From positions 124,001-188,000 of the forward strand of contig MU008216.1 in the NCBI GenBank assembly GCA_010909165.1: a stretch of 64,000 nt of DNA, given 5' to 3'. The position numbers were made by a program, and so were the translations under genes. The stretch comes from Anthoceros angustus (lineage: Eukaryota; Plantae; Anthocerotophyta). A model generated the notes under the pieces. It saw nothing but the letters and a program-made list of their open reading frames with translations. It ran no database searches and was not told the DNA's origin. How positions within the stretch are numbered: the stretch's first letter is position 1; each line of letters starts with the position of its first letter. Shown here piece by piece: positions 23,569 through 35,986 of this stretch.

Positions 23569-25131
23569 GGCCTATTGCCCGCCATCCCAATGCCGCATTG
23601 TTGGTTCGAATTTGTGTCGGGGCAAGTACGTAACTTGCTGCGGATAGCAGCCTTGCCCTGCGCAAGTTTTGAGCATGTAAGAGAGCTGAGCTTGTCCAAC
23701 TTGTAGCGTAATGACGGGACTAAGGGCAGCACATGTAGCGAATGCTAGATTCAGCCAGTCTCGTGCTGCATTGGGCTCTGCCTGTGCATAGGATTGCTTG
23801 GAACTAATGAGTTGCTGCGGGCGTCTGGCTTCAGCATTGCCTGATGTGGGACTTAAGAGTTATGCTGCTCCCAACGAACTTGTGAGGTTTTGTAAATTCT
23901 TGTCAATATGCTACTTACACTTGGATAGCCACCTGTCCACAATTCTCAGTTCTCTCCATGTCCGGAGACACTGGTGACGTTAGGACCAGGGGAAACCACC
24001 TCCTTTAATACATTGAAGAAAGCGGGGGCCGGTGGTGTCGTCAAGAAGCAGCCACCGAAAGCCTCCTTACTCTAAATGAGTGGTACCGTCGGGAAGGAGC
24101 TACCGAGAGCCCCTTGCTGAATGTAAGTGGGTGAGGGAATCAGTTTCAAGGAATGTATCATGCTCTTAGCCGCACTTTGTTGAATTTTTAATAAGATATC
24201 ACGACACTTTATTACATTTAATTTTTTTCATATAGGCAACTTAGGTTAGATTGAGTAACTTATATCATGGCTCCTCCTATGGCTATCAATACTTTATTAA
24301 AGGTAAAGATGTACCCTGATCATGGAAGAGTTGTTTTATCATCTAGAGAGAATGTTCTACGGTTCCTTTTATGGGCGAAACCTAGTCTAAGCTGCCATCT
24401 CATTTAAGGAACTAATGTTATTTATATTTTAAGTTTTTTAGACACAATGATGAAGTAGATATCACCACGGCAACTATTATGATCCAAATCAATATAATAC
24501 CAGATTGGTTCACTAAAAAATCTATATGATTCCAATTTGAGAGTTGGGAGAGTGTTGGACTGCGGAAGGATGATTTGCATATTGGACCATTGTAATGGAG
24601 ATTGAGACGGGCATCGGAAGATGCAAGTGTAGATGTGCGACCCTATTAGTTGTGGGGAACATTTAGCCTTTGCGACTCCTCAAGTGAGCAACTTCAATTT
24701 AGCTGCCTGCGTCTCAATCTCCGAAGCAATTAATGCTTTATGCTTGTAGAATCTCGCGTGGCATGCCAAGCCTCGCCCATCACGATTTTTCTCTCATCAT
24801 GGTATACATTGTACACAACACCATGTAGCGGTCCATACAGGGCCGTCACCGCCATATTTTGCCGAGCACGCACGGCACAACCCCAGTATGCGCACCCACA
24901 CCACAACGAGGTTGTGATATAAACCATGCTTAATTTCATAGTCGTGTGCGGGGAATATGGACTGAGCGCGGGTTGTTTAAAACAAATGAAAGCCAAAGAC
25001 AAACAGCTTAACCTAAACCAAGCATTCTGGCCACCAAGCGTGCTTCATCCATAGAGTGCCTGCTAAAGGTACCATTTCCTAGACTTGGTCAATTCTGCAC
25101 CAACGATCTAAGTTGGCAAGTTCTGAAGGAT

Positions 25132-27359
25132 TTGAAGATTGCCTACATTCCGTGGAGTAGAGTAGAAGATTTCATTTCTGGTGAATGTTTCAAATGTGTT
25201 GCAAGTTTCTATTGGAAGGATTCAAAGACTCAAAATTCACTGCCACCACCAATTATGCCATCCTTGGACACCACAGTCACATATATCAGGTACCTTTCAC
25301 AACTTCCAAGTTCTCTGCACTGATTTTCCTCACCACGTGGGTTTCCTGGCTTGGTGGCCTCTGTCTATGTGCTTTCTTTGCCTTAAGTTGAAGCCAAATC
25401 TTGCTATTTGTTGTCGTGTGTTTCTGTGTCAGCCAAATCTAGCATACTCTATTTGGCCAAACCTGATATGCTCTGTTTTGCCAAGTCCAGCATGTTCTGC
25501 TTGGGAATCTAGAAGCCCGTAGTTTTCGCTCGAGTTTCATGGTAGCTGTTACTTTATTGAAATAGCAGTGCAAGTTTTCATGCTAAGTTGGGGGCACTTT
25601 TTGCTGGTCGTGCTTTTCGCACAAGCTGTGCTATATTGTCACCAATTTTTGAAGCCCGTGCTTTTCGCACCTTCTTCTAGTACGATATTGTGGGAGCCTA
25701 TGCTACTATATTTTAAGTCACTTGAACATTTATTTCTCACTGGTTTTGGGTCCACTAGAATTCATAGGAAAAAGCCCGTGTCCTGTCGAAAACAGATGTC
25801 CAGAGTCACCTTGTAGAAAGTCTGTGTCATCTATTTGCTTTGTTCTCTACAGCAATGTGACTGTATGCCTTGTTTGTATTCACTCTTTAAACACATGGAC
25901 TGTATATATTGTAAACGCTGATATATTGTGTCCGAATTATGTAGGTATTGGTGTTCATATTGCTCTTATTTCCTGAAGTTGCTCAAATCCTTCTTCATAA
26001 CGGAGCGCACGTAGATTGTGCACGTGATGTCTGTCATGGTCCCTATTATGTGGGACACCCTAAATTGTCTAGAGCTCCTTGGCTCTCGAAAGAGAAAAAG
26101 GATTGGGTTAAACATTATCTTTATTGCAAGGTTTCTATGTCGGAGATTATGCGTCGACATGTTGCAGTTGTGTATGAGAATATGAGTCATTACATAGGAC
26201 ATGAGCGTGGTGGTGACGTTCGAGATGACTACATGCAGCGCAAGGATGTGTTGAACATGAAACGACAAGTGGAAGCAAGTGAGTGGAAACTAGACCCTGA
26301 TGAGGTAAAGTTTACTAAGATGTGGCTCAAAGTGAATGCTGACCTTATCTTCTATAGATCAGAACCTGGTGAACCTTTTATTTTAGGATTGCAAACTCCT
26401 TTCATGCGGCAGATATTCATTAAGCATGGTAACAATAGAGTTTTAGCCATGGACGCCACATTTGGTATGAACAAGTATAGGTACCACTTGTTTACGGTGA
26501 TGATTTTTTATCAACACCTTAATGGTATTCTAGTTGCTTGGGCATTAACACTGGAGGCTACTATACTTTCTTTTATGTCAGCGGAACCTCTTGAAGAGGA
26601 TAAAGTGCATTAGTGCAAGGAAGAAGATCATTTGGACAGCTCGGTCACAGAAATTATGTATGTCGGAGGCCACAATATACTGTCATATGGGGTAAGGTAT
26701 TGTTAGTCTGAGTTATTCTACAAGGAGTGGCACGGAAGTCAACCAACATTTGTTGAGTATTTCAAGAAGCAGTGGGTGACTCTATAGGTATTATTCTCTG
26801 CCCAAAGTGCACTAGTTTCCTTGAGCGGTAAGGGTTGCTTGAATGAATGTTGACATAGTGTCGGCTGTGTGTAATGTTTCACATTTCTTTAAAGCAGACA
26901 TATGGTTGAAGAACTGGAGGATGTTTCTCCACACTGGAGAAAACACCACGTCTGCTTTGGAGGCCTTTCATCGATTCTTGATTGAAAGAGTATCTTTCAC
27001 CAAGGTTGCGTTGCTAGGAAGGCGTATGGATTGGCTTCTGCACCAACTTGTGAACGAGGTAGCACGGTATGATTGGTACCTTGATTTCACCAAGGCTAGG
27101 GGTTACACGCCGAATTCAAAGTTCAAGAAGGTATATGAGCATGTTCTGTCTGCAGCGAGCACCAATCCCAGACGAGGCTGTCATATTCCCATCTGTAGTT
27201 GGATCTAATATTGCATATTGCATGTCCTGTGAGGATAGTGACAAGGCTTACGTCATCAAGGCTGCACACGCTCCATGGGCATTTTGTACTTGCGGGATGG
27301 GGCAAAAAGGATTCATTTACAAACATGTTGTGAAGGTGCAACAAGTCCAATATATTTGA
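25132..27359 (+). pseudogene. Disrupted MULE transposase with SWIM zinc finger
   Basis: IAYIPWSRVEDFISGE; VLAMDATFGMNKYRYHLFTVMIF..NGILVAWALT (first catalytic D); TTSALEAFH..GRRMDWLLHQL (catalytic E region); FCTCGMGQKGFIYKHV (SWIM, one Cys replaced by Tyr). In-frame stops and frameshifts are present. Confidence 0.85.
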
Positions 27360-28559
27360 ACATAGTTCCCAATTATTGCACCTTGCTTGGTGTACCAATG
27401 GATCTTATGTTCCGGCACAGAAAGAAGGAAGAACATTTCCTGACCTCAATCTAGTTGTGGACGATAAGATGTGATCACATTTTATTCATGTTCATGATAC
27501 AACGGCATAAAGCGGCAATGCTATTGTCATACCTCTTCCCAACAACCTAGGTAGCTTGGAGGAGTTGAAGCTGAAACGACATCGAGACTTGGATGCAATT
27601 TGCATGGGTATTCTAAGCATTGTGGAAGCTTTTGTTTGAGGTTTGCACAATAATGGAACAAGCACAACATCATATTCGGGAGGTTGAAACTCAGGTGGAC
27701 GAGGCCTCAAGCAGTACATCGATATTAGAGGAGTTTGTTCCGAATGACGGGACTAACCGATTGGTGTATTTCAAGGTATTGAAGAACGTTCAAGACCAAA
27801 GAAGAAAAAAGTGTTTACTTTGTGATGCCTTTGTTTTGTTGTTGCTGAAGGCTTGGTTGTGTTTGATGAAGTTTCTGAAGGCTTGTATGTACTTGGTACA
27901 ACCTCTCATCATGAGGAATTTATTGAGATAGTTAGTGGCCTTCTATAGCCTAGACTCCTACCCAGAGCATGTGCGGTTTGATGCCAAGGAAACATATGCA
28001 TGTATTTGGAGTGTGCTTGATGTTCCAGTTGCCTACCTCCCTTGTAAACGTCACCATCTGAAAGACCGTGATGGTTTTCCCTGTTCACTAGCTTAATTCA
28101 CAAATTAGCATGATACCCAACCCAGACAGCAATACGGCATGAAGCACGCCAACGATGGTGCAGTGGCAAGTTTTGGTTAGTCCTCTCGATTCGTGGAACT
28201 TCCAATTCATCATTGCTGCCCATGCTATCAGGAATGGGGCATGCTTCTCTTTCTCTTCACAAGGAGACACGGCGAGTCTGTATCTCTGGAGGATTTCTGG
28301 CAATCATGGTCTTGGCTTCCATGGAGCCGAAGTTGAGCCCCAGATAAATCCAGCGCTGAAAGGGATGTAGGCCAGGGCGTTTCGGGAGGTTGCCGCAGAC
28401 ACTTCGTGGGGCTTGCAGTCCTAGTAGTCATCGCCCCAAATCTCCGACAGCTGATGCATCACGACGATGGGAATTTGCACAAACGTGCCAGCAAGCATCT
28501 CCATGTTCCCCAGCTTGTGCCGCTCCTTTACCACCCGCGACAAGCTGCCCAGATAGAGC

Positions 28560-29150
28560 CGCCTCCGGCCTCGGCCTCGGCCTCGCCCCCGTCCCCGCGC
28601 CTCGACCCCATCCGCGCGTTGCGGCCTCGACCCTGCCCCCGCGCCGCGACCTCAACCCGTCCCTGCGCCTCGGCCTCGACTCTATCCCGTGCCCTCCCAC
28701 CCACGCACCTCCCCGCCCCATACCCTCCTCGCCCCGCGCCCTCCCTGCCCCTGTGCCCTCCTCACCCCAGTGCCCTCCCCGCCACACTGCGCCCTCCCCT
28801 CGTCCCCGCGCCCTACCGTCCCCATGCACGGGCCTCGACCCCGTCCCGTCCCCATGCCCTCCCGTCCCTCGCCCTCCCTGCCACACGTGCCCTCCCCGCG
28901 TCCCCGCGCCCTACCTGTCCTCATGCACGGGCCTCGACCCCGTCCCCGTGCCCTCCCGTCCCTCGCCCTCCTGCCACACCGCGCCCTCCCCGCGTCTCCG
29001 CGCCCTCCCCGTCCGCGCCCTCCCCATCCCCGCGCCCTCCCCGCCACACTGCACCTCCCATCCCTACCCACCCGCTCTCGACTCCAGCCCATGCCCTACC
29101 CGCCCACCATCCTGTTCCCCGTCCCCTGCGCCCCCATCCCTAGCCGATCC
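28560..29150. repeat. Extremely C-rich low-complexity tract with internal duplications, next to the right TIR
   Basis: Repeated gccctcccc/cccgtccc units; catgcacgggcctcgaccccgtccc occurs twice (~28824, ~28922). Confidence 0.85.
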
Positions 29151-29706
29151 CCGCTCCTAGATTCCGCTCCCGCTGCATTCAGATCGCTCCTACCTTCCGC
29201 TCTTCGCTGCCTTCAGATCCTCGCTCTTGGCTTCCGCTCCACTCTTGGCTTCCGCTCCATGTTTATCTATTTGTCTTTGGCTTTCGTTTGTTTGAAACAG
29301 CCCGCGCTCAATTCATACTCCCCGCGCACGGTTCTGAAATTAAGCATGGTTTATATCACAACCTCGTTGTGGTGTGGGTGGGTATACTAGGGTTATGGCG
29401 TGCGTGCTCGGCAAAATATGGCAGTGACGGCCCTGGATGGACCGCTACATGGTGTTGTGTACAGTGTATACCATGATGAGAGAGAAACTGTGATGGACGG
29501 GGCATGGCATGCCACTCGAGATTCTACATGCGTGAAGCATTAATTGCTTCCGAGATTGAGACGCAGGAAGCAATTCACCTCACTTTAGTTTCAGCGGGTC
29601 ACAAATTTTGATGAAGTCGATGGCTGTAGCTAAAATCAGTTTTCTTTTCACCATCTTACAAGAGCATTTGAACATCGACTGATATCTTTAATAGCCAGAT
29701 GCAGTC

Positions 29707-32700
29707 TCAGTCTACAGGAAGACTGATGTTGGAGGCGGAAGAGCCGGATCGCAAGTGCCAAGGATGAGAAATGGGGTATGTGTCCGGGTAGTTGTAGGGG
29801 CTGGCCTTGTCTCGTGCTTCAATAGAGCTCTCTTCCAAGTCGATGGCCAGTTGGATGTGGCGCACCACGTCGGCCATGACGGGGCGGCCCCGCTGGTGCA
29901 TGTTTACGCACCTCATGGCAACGTCTGCCAGCTTCTGCGCTGCGTCGGGGCTGTAATCCGTGTCCAGTCTGGGATCCATTAGCGCTGACAAGTGACCACC
30001 TTTCAAACGCCGCGTCACCTGATACAAATCCAGTTGGTTTAGGGCAAGCTGAATAAATACAGAAGGTGGATACACAAGGGTGGCGAGGAGCATACAAATT
30101 CGATGATGCCTCGTTCGTGGGGAGCCATGTCTGAGTCGTCCAGAGCGATGGGTGGCCGACCACACAGTATCTCCATGAGGACTACTCCGAAGCTGTAGAC
30201 ATCGCTCTTCTCTGTGAGCGTGCTGGTCCGGTAGTATCTGAGAAGCCCAAGTTATGAGAAGTCATTATTGGAAGGAAGGGCCAGAACAGGTGATAGGGGA
30301 AGGTCGGGGTTGGTGGGGAGAAACCTACTCAGGATCCAGGTATCCTGTTGTGCCCTTGATGATGATGCTTTTGTGGTCCACCTGACCGGGGGTTTTCCTC
30401 GACAGACCGAAATCCGCCACCTTCGGCTCCAGCTTGTGGGTTAAGAAGATGTTACTGCTCTTCACATCCCGGTGAATGATCCGGGATCGGTGCAGGTGCT
30501 CTAGACCTATTATCACAAGATGTGTGTCAGCGGTAACAAATGGATTGGAATCACTCAAAGCTGTTAACTGTTACCTTCAGCTGCGCCTTTTGCAATGTCG
30601 AGCCTGCATCTCCAGCTAAGAGGGTTTACGGCAGCATCTCGGCCTGCAAAGGAAAGGCTGAGAGACCGTGAAAAACTGGCGTGCCATTGGACGCTTGGAA
30701 CATGAACTACAGAAGCCGTGTGTAGTAGTGTCATACCATAGAGCCGGGTTTTCAAGTCTCCTCCAGCCATGAACTCGTATAGGAGAATGAGGTGCGTGCT
30801 TTGCTCACAATAGCCCACCATTGACACCAAGTTCTTATGATGAAGCTGTGCCAGCAGATCAACCTGGGGAAACCAGATGCATTCTACAGTCAGGGTACCA
30901 ATTCCAAAGAGGTTGAGCTGGACTACCAGAAAAAAATTGCAGTGGAGGGTGATGAGCTATCCACCTCGTTGAAAAATTCTCTGTATGTTTGGTGAGACTG
31001 CCCAGACAAGATCTTGACAGCAACTTCTTGTTTCTGAGCGATAACTCCGTAATAGACAGGCCCAAAACTCCCTTCTCCAATCTTCCTGGAGTACCTCTTG
31101 GTGGCGTCGTGGACACCGCTCAAACTAAACTCCTTGACCTCACTTTGGAACTTGAAGCCAGGAGCATGGTTAGCCTCATCTGCATGGACGAGTTCAGGAG
31201 TTGAAGTTTTAAACCAGCGATAAATCAAACCCAGGGCATCATCAACAAACACCAACAAACAGAACATATGCAAAAAAGCTTGCAAAAGGCGATGTATGGA
31301 CTTGCCAGCAGCACGTGCCGCGTGAGGTGGGGAGGCTGAGTTTGTACTGGCTCGCCTTCCCCGAACCTCGGACCAGTAGAAGAGCCCTATCGCAAAGAGA
31401 ACTAGGATAACGAAAAGGGAAGCAGCCACGCCGACAATGACGGGAACTACCAAGCCGGGTCCCTTTTTGGACATCATATTCTCAGCATTCTTTGATGGCC
31501 CCTGTTGAAGACCGACAGCAGGTGGGCCGGCGGAAGGGGCCGGTCCGCCAAGAACACATAAAGGGCCCGTACATTGGAGCTCTGTGTTTCCAAAATACCT
31601 GCCACCAACATGGTAAAGATGAGATTCTATGACTAGTTCGGAGAGATCAGAATGTATTATTTGCGCTGTTTTCTGGGTCGGATTTCTGTAATACTTGAAA
31701 TTTGGGCCAAGTCGTTGGATGAGTGAGGCGGGGACAGTGCCGGTGAAGTAATTGTTTGAGAGATCTCTGAGTGGACGCAGCCAGCACTGAAAAGTCGTTA
31801 GTATGAAACAGAACAAACAAGAGCGGGTTTATTCCACAAAGGTCCCACGATCTAATGTCGACTTACAATTGTTTGAGGGCAGGAAGAGTTTCTAGCCAGA
31901 CTGGAATGGGACCGGTGAATAAGTTGTCAGAAATGTCTCTGTGGAATCCACACCATGTGCAATCAGTCCTGAGAAGGATGAGAAGTAAGGACCAATTGAT
32001 GATGAGCTCGGGATACTTACAGGACCTCTAAAGCTGTCAATGAACCCAAGGAGCTTGGTAGGCCGCCACTGAAAGAGTTGTCTTGGAGGTTTCTATGTGG
32101 TAGACAGACAACACAAAGTGAGCCTCCCAGTGAGAACGCTAAAAGAGGGTCGTTTTTGACAAAAAGCAGATGACACGTACAAGTTTACCAATGAGGTTAA
32201 ACTTCCTAAGCTGAGTGGAAGATTACCACCCATTTTGTCCCCTCCCAGATCTCTGCCAACATACATCTGGAGTGTCAGAAACCTTAAGCTCCCTAAACCC
32301 AGGTCACCGAAGACGCTCTTGTTTGGGGATGGATACTCACAAGGAAGTTACGGTTGAGGTGGTGTTGTCACAGGTAAGCTCATCCCAGGGAACAGGTCCA
32401 CATGGATCTCCAACCCAGGTATCGAGACCCCACAGGGTTTTCAACTCCATCAACGCCTGAACTGCAAGCAGAAGCCAGAAACCTTTTGTCAAGTGCGACA
32501 CCATTCTGTTTGTTGATGGCATGACTAGTTGAGAGGTTCTTGCGAGGAGGTGATGGGCCACACCTCACCTTGAAGGGGATCAGTGCCTGGTCGAACGTCC
32601 ACTACGGTGTAGAGCTCGTCGGCATTCACAAGCGGATCCAGAATGGTGAGCCCATTCCTGGCCAAGGTAACACTGATGGAGGTGGTGCCGTCCAGGATGC

Positions 32701-34070
32701 TCACATTCCGGTACCCCCACTGGTATGTCTGAAAGGGCCGGGTGTCGAGTGGCGTGAGACTCACATTGGTGGGCGCTTGGAATGTGGATGAGTACTCAAT
32801 TACACGTCTGCCATTTCGATTCATGGACGTACATCGGTGAAAACAAGCTACTTGAAGTCAAGTGAAAGAAAACAGAAGCAACTTACATGTCTGCAGAAGC
32901 GTTGAGCTCGGCGAACATCTGGGACATGAAGATGAGGGAACCAGGTTGTACATTGATGTCTCGCGTGTAGGAGATGCTAGGGGCAGTGATGGCTGTTTGC
33001 ATTACTACCGATGGAGGCTCCTCTCCCGAGGTCTCAACCATCTGCCCTGGTGGTGCCGAGATGTCCCTCACCAGGCCATTCAAAGACGGCACCACTTGCA
33101 GATATGGAGGCCAAATCCGATCAAGCGCGTCTTCCGGAAATCTGCAGACAACAGGCAACTAGTCTGATGAGGCCCGCCAAACCTTTTGGAGACTCCCATG
33201 ACTGGACACGTACCTGCGAGAGGAGACCCGCTCGCCGAAGTTGATCCGGCTAAGGAGATAAAGATTCACCCGACGCGGAAGAAAAGTGGCCGTGTAGATA
33301 GCGCCCGGAAGAGGTCTGAGTTCCAGCGAATTCACAAAGGGCGCGTCGAGCTGCGTCCGGATCAAGCATACACTCACGCTGGTTGCAATGGCAGGGGCCG
33401 TTACTGCCTCGAAGTAGACGACGGCGGGGCTGGTGCCCTGTATAGTCAGGTCTTGCCACAATGTGGCATCCACGGCAATCTGCAGCATCCAGTACCTCAC
33501 AATGTATTGGCACCAGCTAAATGAAACTTCCTCCACGGACACAGAAAACTGCGCTTGCAAGCGAGATGTGAGGACCTTGAACCGAATGGTGGCGGAACGA
33601 CGCAAGTCGTAATTTCCGTAGTAGAAGCCCAGCCTGATGAGATTCACGCTGTTGAGCACCACAGGAAGCTCGTAGCAATTTTTGTTGGGGGAAGATCCGG
33701 GCGGAAAGTATCGCAAAGTCCGGAGCTCCAAGGCCAAGTCGGTGGGAGCACGGGACAGATCCACCGGGCTGGACTCCCCAGTGGTGGTGAAGTTGCCATC
33801 GGCCTGCCAGGCAATGGAGGTGACAGGATCCACGAATCCACTACCGGCGGGACCACCACAATTCAAGCTCGTGAATCCTGTGCACACCACAGAGCGTGCG
33901 GTCCGCATAAAAAACGGGGAGCAGTGGAAATGCAAGCGGCAGGAGACACGGATCAAGATCCCGCTGGCAAACGTACCTGTTTGAGCAGCTGTCGGGAAGA
34001 GAAGCAAGGGAGCAAGAGCCAGGAGCAGCAAGAAGGTGGAGCAGTGCGCCCCCGGAGCCGCAGATGTCAT
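29707..34070 (-). CDS. Malectin-like domain + GDPC + 4 LRR receptor-like Ser/Thr kinase (LRR-I type architecture), multi-exon
   Basis: Signal peptide; [26 protein letters not shown]; DALDRIW; [16 protein letters not shown]; four ~72-nt LRR exons (e.g. [24 protein letters not shown]); TM segment; [52 protein letters not shown]. Confidence 0.92.
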
Positions 34071-34500
34071 GCTTGCAGCCTCCCCTGAATTCGGCAGCGG
34101 TAGGGTTCACATTGCGGCCAGGAAGGAAAGCGTTCTGCCTGCTCGTCAGCCGGAAGCAGGAGCGGGCCGTGATCGCCTGGGAAGGAGCCAAAATCCATCT
34201 CCGGGCCCGGGAGCGAGGGAGAATGCGAAGGCGGACGTCACCATTTGCGGCGGCAGAGGCGGCAGACAGCAGGCTCCCCAAGTTAGCTGTTCCCTCGGAG
34301 CTGCGCGTCGTGGGGAAAGGCATCGGGGCCACAACGCCATTTTCTTTTTCGGTGCCACAGACGGAGCCGAGCGTTGTCGTTTGCAGAAAGGCTGCAGCCG
34401 GGACTCCCGTGGCCGGGATAGCCGGTGTTCGGGGGAGGGCGCAAGTCAACCCGTTGTACGGCTTCACACATGTGGTCATGTGCCTCTCTAGGGTTTCCCG

Positions 34501-34554
34501 TTGCCTGTTGCCTGTTGCCTGTTGCCTGTTGCCTGTTGCCTGTTGCCTGTTGCC
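34501..34554. repeat. (TTGCCTG)7 heptamer microsatellite upstream of the RLK
   Basis: Direct reading. Confidence 0.95.
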
Positions 34555-35056
34555 CCCGGCGGATCACTTGTGGTCGCGAGTCGTGACTGCTCCTCGTCTG
34601 ATGAGTCGTGAGGTCGTGGCGTTTTCCAGTATGCAATTCCCGATTCTCGCGGCGCACAAAAGCACAGACCTGACGACACCAACCACCAACCGGATTGAGC
34701 AGCGTACAGCAACAGGGCCCGGGGGCGAACACTTTGCAAATTGCTATTTGCCTTCTCTGCATGCAGCCGTCCGTGTTTGTGGTGATCACGCTTGAGCTTG
34801 ATTCCGCTCTTGTCATTTTTATGCAGGACCAGCAATTTGGAAACGGCGCGCTTCCCCGACCACCGTCGACTCTGGACTCCTGGAAGCCATTGGTTTGGGC
34901 CACGAAAACATCCCTCAGCCAACAGCCAGAAGTAGCCAAACAGGTTGGTCCCACGGGATCTGTCACGCTCACCTGAAACCTGCAGGTGTACGTTCCCGTT
35001 TCCTGCTCATCGCCGGCCCTCCTGTGCGCCCATTCCCGGATACTTCACAACCTGCC

Positions 35057-35830
35057 CTACCTTACCCCTGCCCAGGACTGTAGATTTACCACTTGCCCTC
35101 CACAAGGACTCTCGTCTTCAATCCAATCGATGCAAGGCTTCCACATGCTTTCAGCACACCGACACAAAATTCCAGCTGCCTGGCGACATTTCACTATTTG
35201 GTAAAGTGTCCAACACATACGTGGATCAGCAAGGTTAGCATCAGCAAGGTTGCCGCATTTCGCATACATATGGACTAACGTGCTCCGGGCAAGTACATTT
35301 GAGTCATAAAACCATCTCACAACTTCAGCTTGAATTTGGTTGCCTTTGGCCACATACTCTACTTTGAGTGCCTACCCATCAACAAGTGTTCCTTCTTCCA
35401 TGGCTGCGAGGCTCCCACTTGCTTTCAGCACAATCGCACATGTCCCAGTATCTGCTCTTTTTATACCTTCCTTGCATCAGCCATGTTGCGAAACTTTGCA
35501 CACATGAGTGCAGTAGAATTGCTGACATTCATATCCGAGTAGAAACCCCTCCGATTCACTCCGACATGAATCTGCCTGCTTGGCTTTTTCCAAAAACCCG
35601 TACCCGGTGGTCACTCGTTGTCGTGTCATCCTCGCTGGCTGCCAAGCTACCGTAGGCTTTCAGCAAGCTTGGGAAAGTCCGATGGTTGGGCGTCACGCCT
35701 TGCTCTTGCATCTCGGAACAAAGTTGCCAAGCTCTCTCCTTGTCCCTGCTGGGCATGTCCTGCAATCATGGCATTCCATGAAAGTACATCCCGCTCAACG
35801 AAAAAAAGCAAAACCCTGCTGAGCCTCTAC
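35057..35830 (-). pseudogene. Degenerate PLS-class PPR fragment
   Basis: AWQLCSEMQEQGVTPNHRTFPSLLKAYGSLAASEDD.. and SNVLARSTLVHMYAKCGNLADA are separated by stops and frameshifts. Confidence 0.8.
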
Positions 35831-35986
35831 CATGTTTGCACATGCTGCCCACCTATCGAACAAACTCATGCCCCCGAGTACTGAGTAGGCTCAGAAGAAG
35901 GTATCTGCTTCGCTGGAGGCTGGACACGTTCTTCTTGGGTTTTCTGATACCCTTTGAGAGCCTCCTGACCTCTGACGTACCCCTAA

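Larger units (their letters stand above)
24703..29576. mobile_element. Mutator-like DNA transposon (MULE) with ~300-bp terminal inverted repeats
   Basis: Left TIR ~24706-25003 (cctgcgtctcaatctccgaagcaattaatgc...gaaagccaaagacaa) is the reverse complement of right TIR ~29271-29567. A MULE transposase relic lies between them. A degenerate TSD is possible: acttcaatttag (24691-702) / acctcactttag (29577-88). Confidence 0.88.

Noticed and set aside
28390-29390. Long Pro/Arg/Gly-rich ORFs in several frames (extensin-like)
   Set aside because: All frames are open simply because the tract is C/G-only low complexity; there is no signal peptide or SP4 motif.
29707-34070. Calling the RLK SYMRK
   Set aside because: The architecture is shared with many LRR-I kinases, and the kinase motifs are not diagnostic without a phylogeny.
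34036-34972. Overlapping 150-240 aa ORFs upstream of the RLK
   Set aside because: This is GC-rich promoter/UTR-like sequence containing a heptamer repeat; no domain or frame preference is evident.
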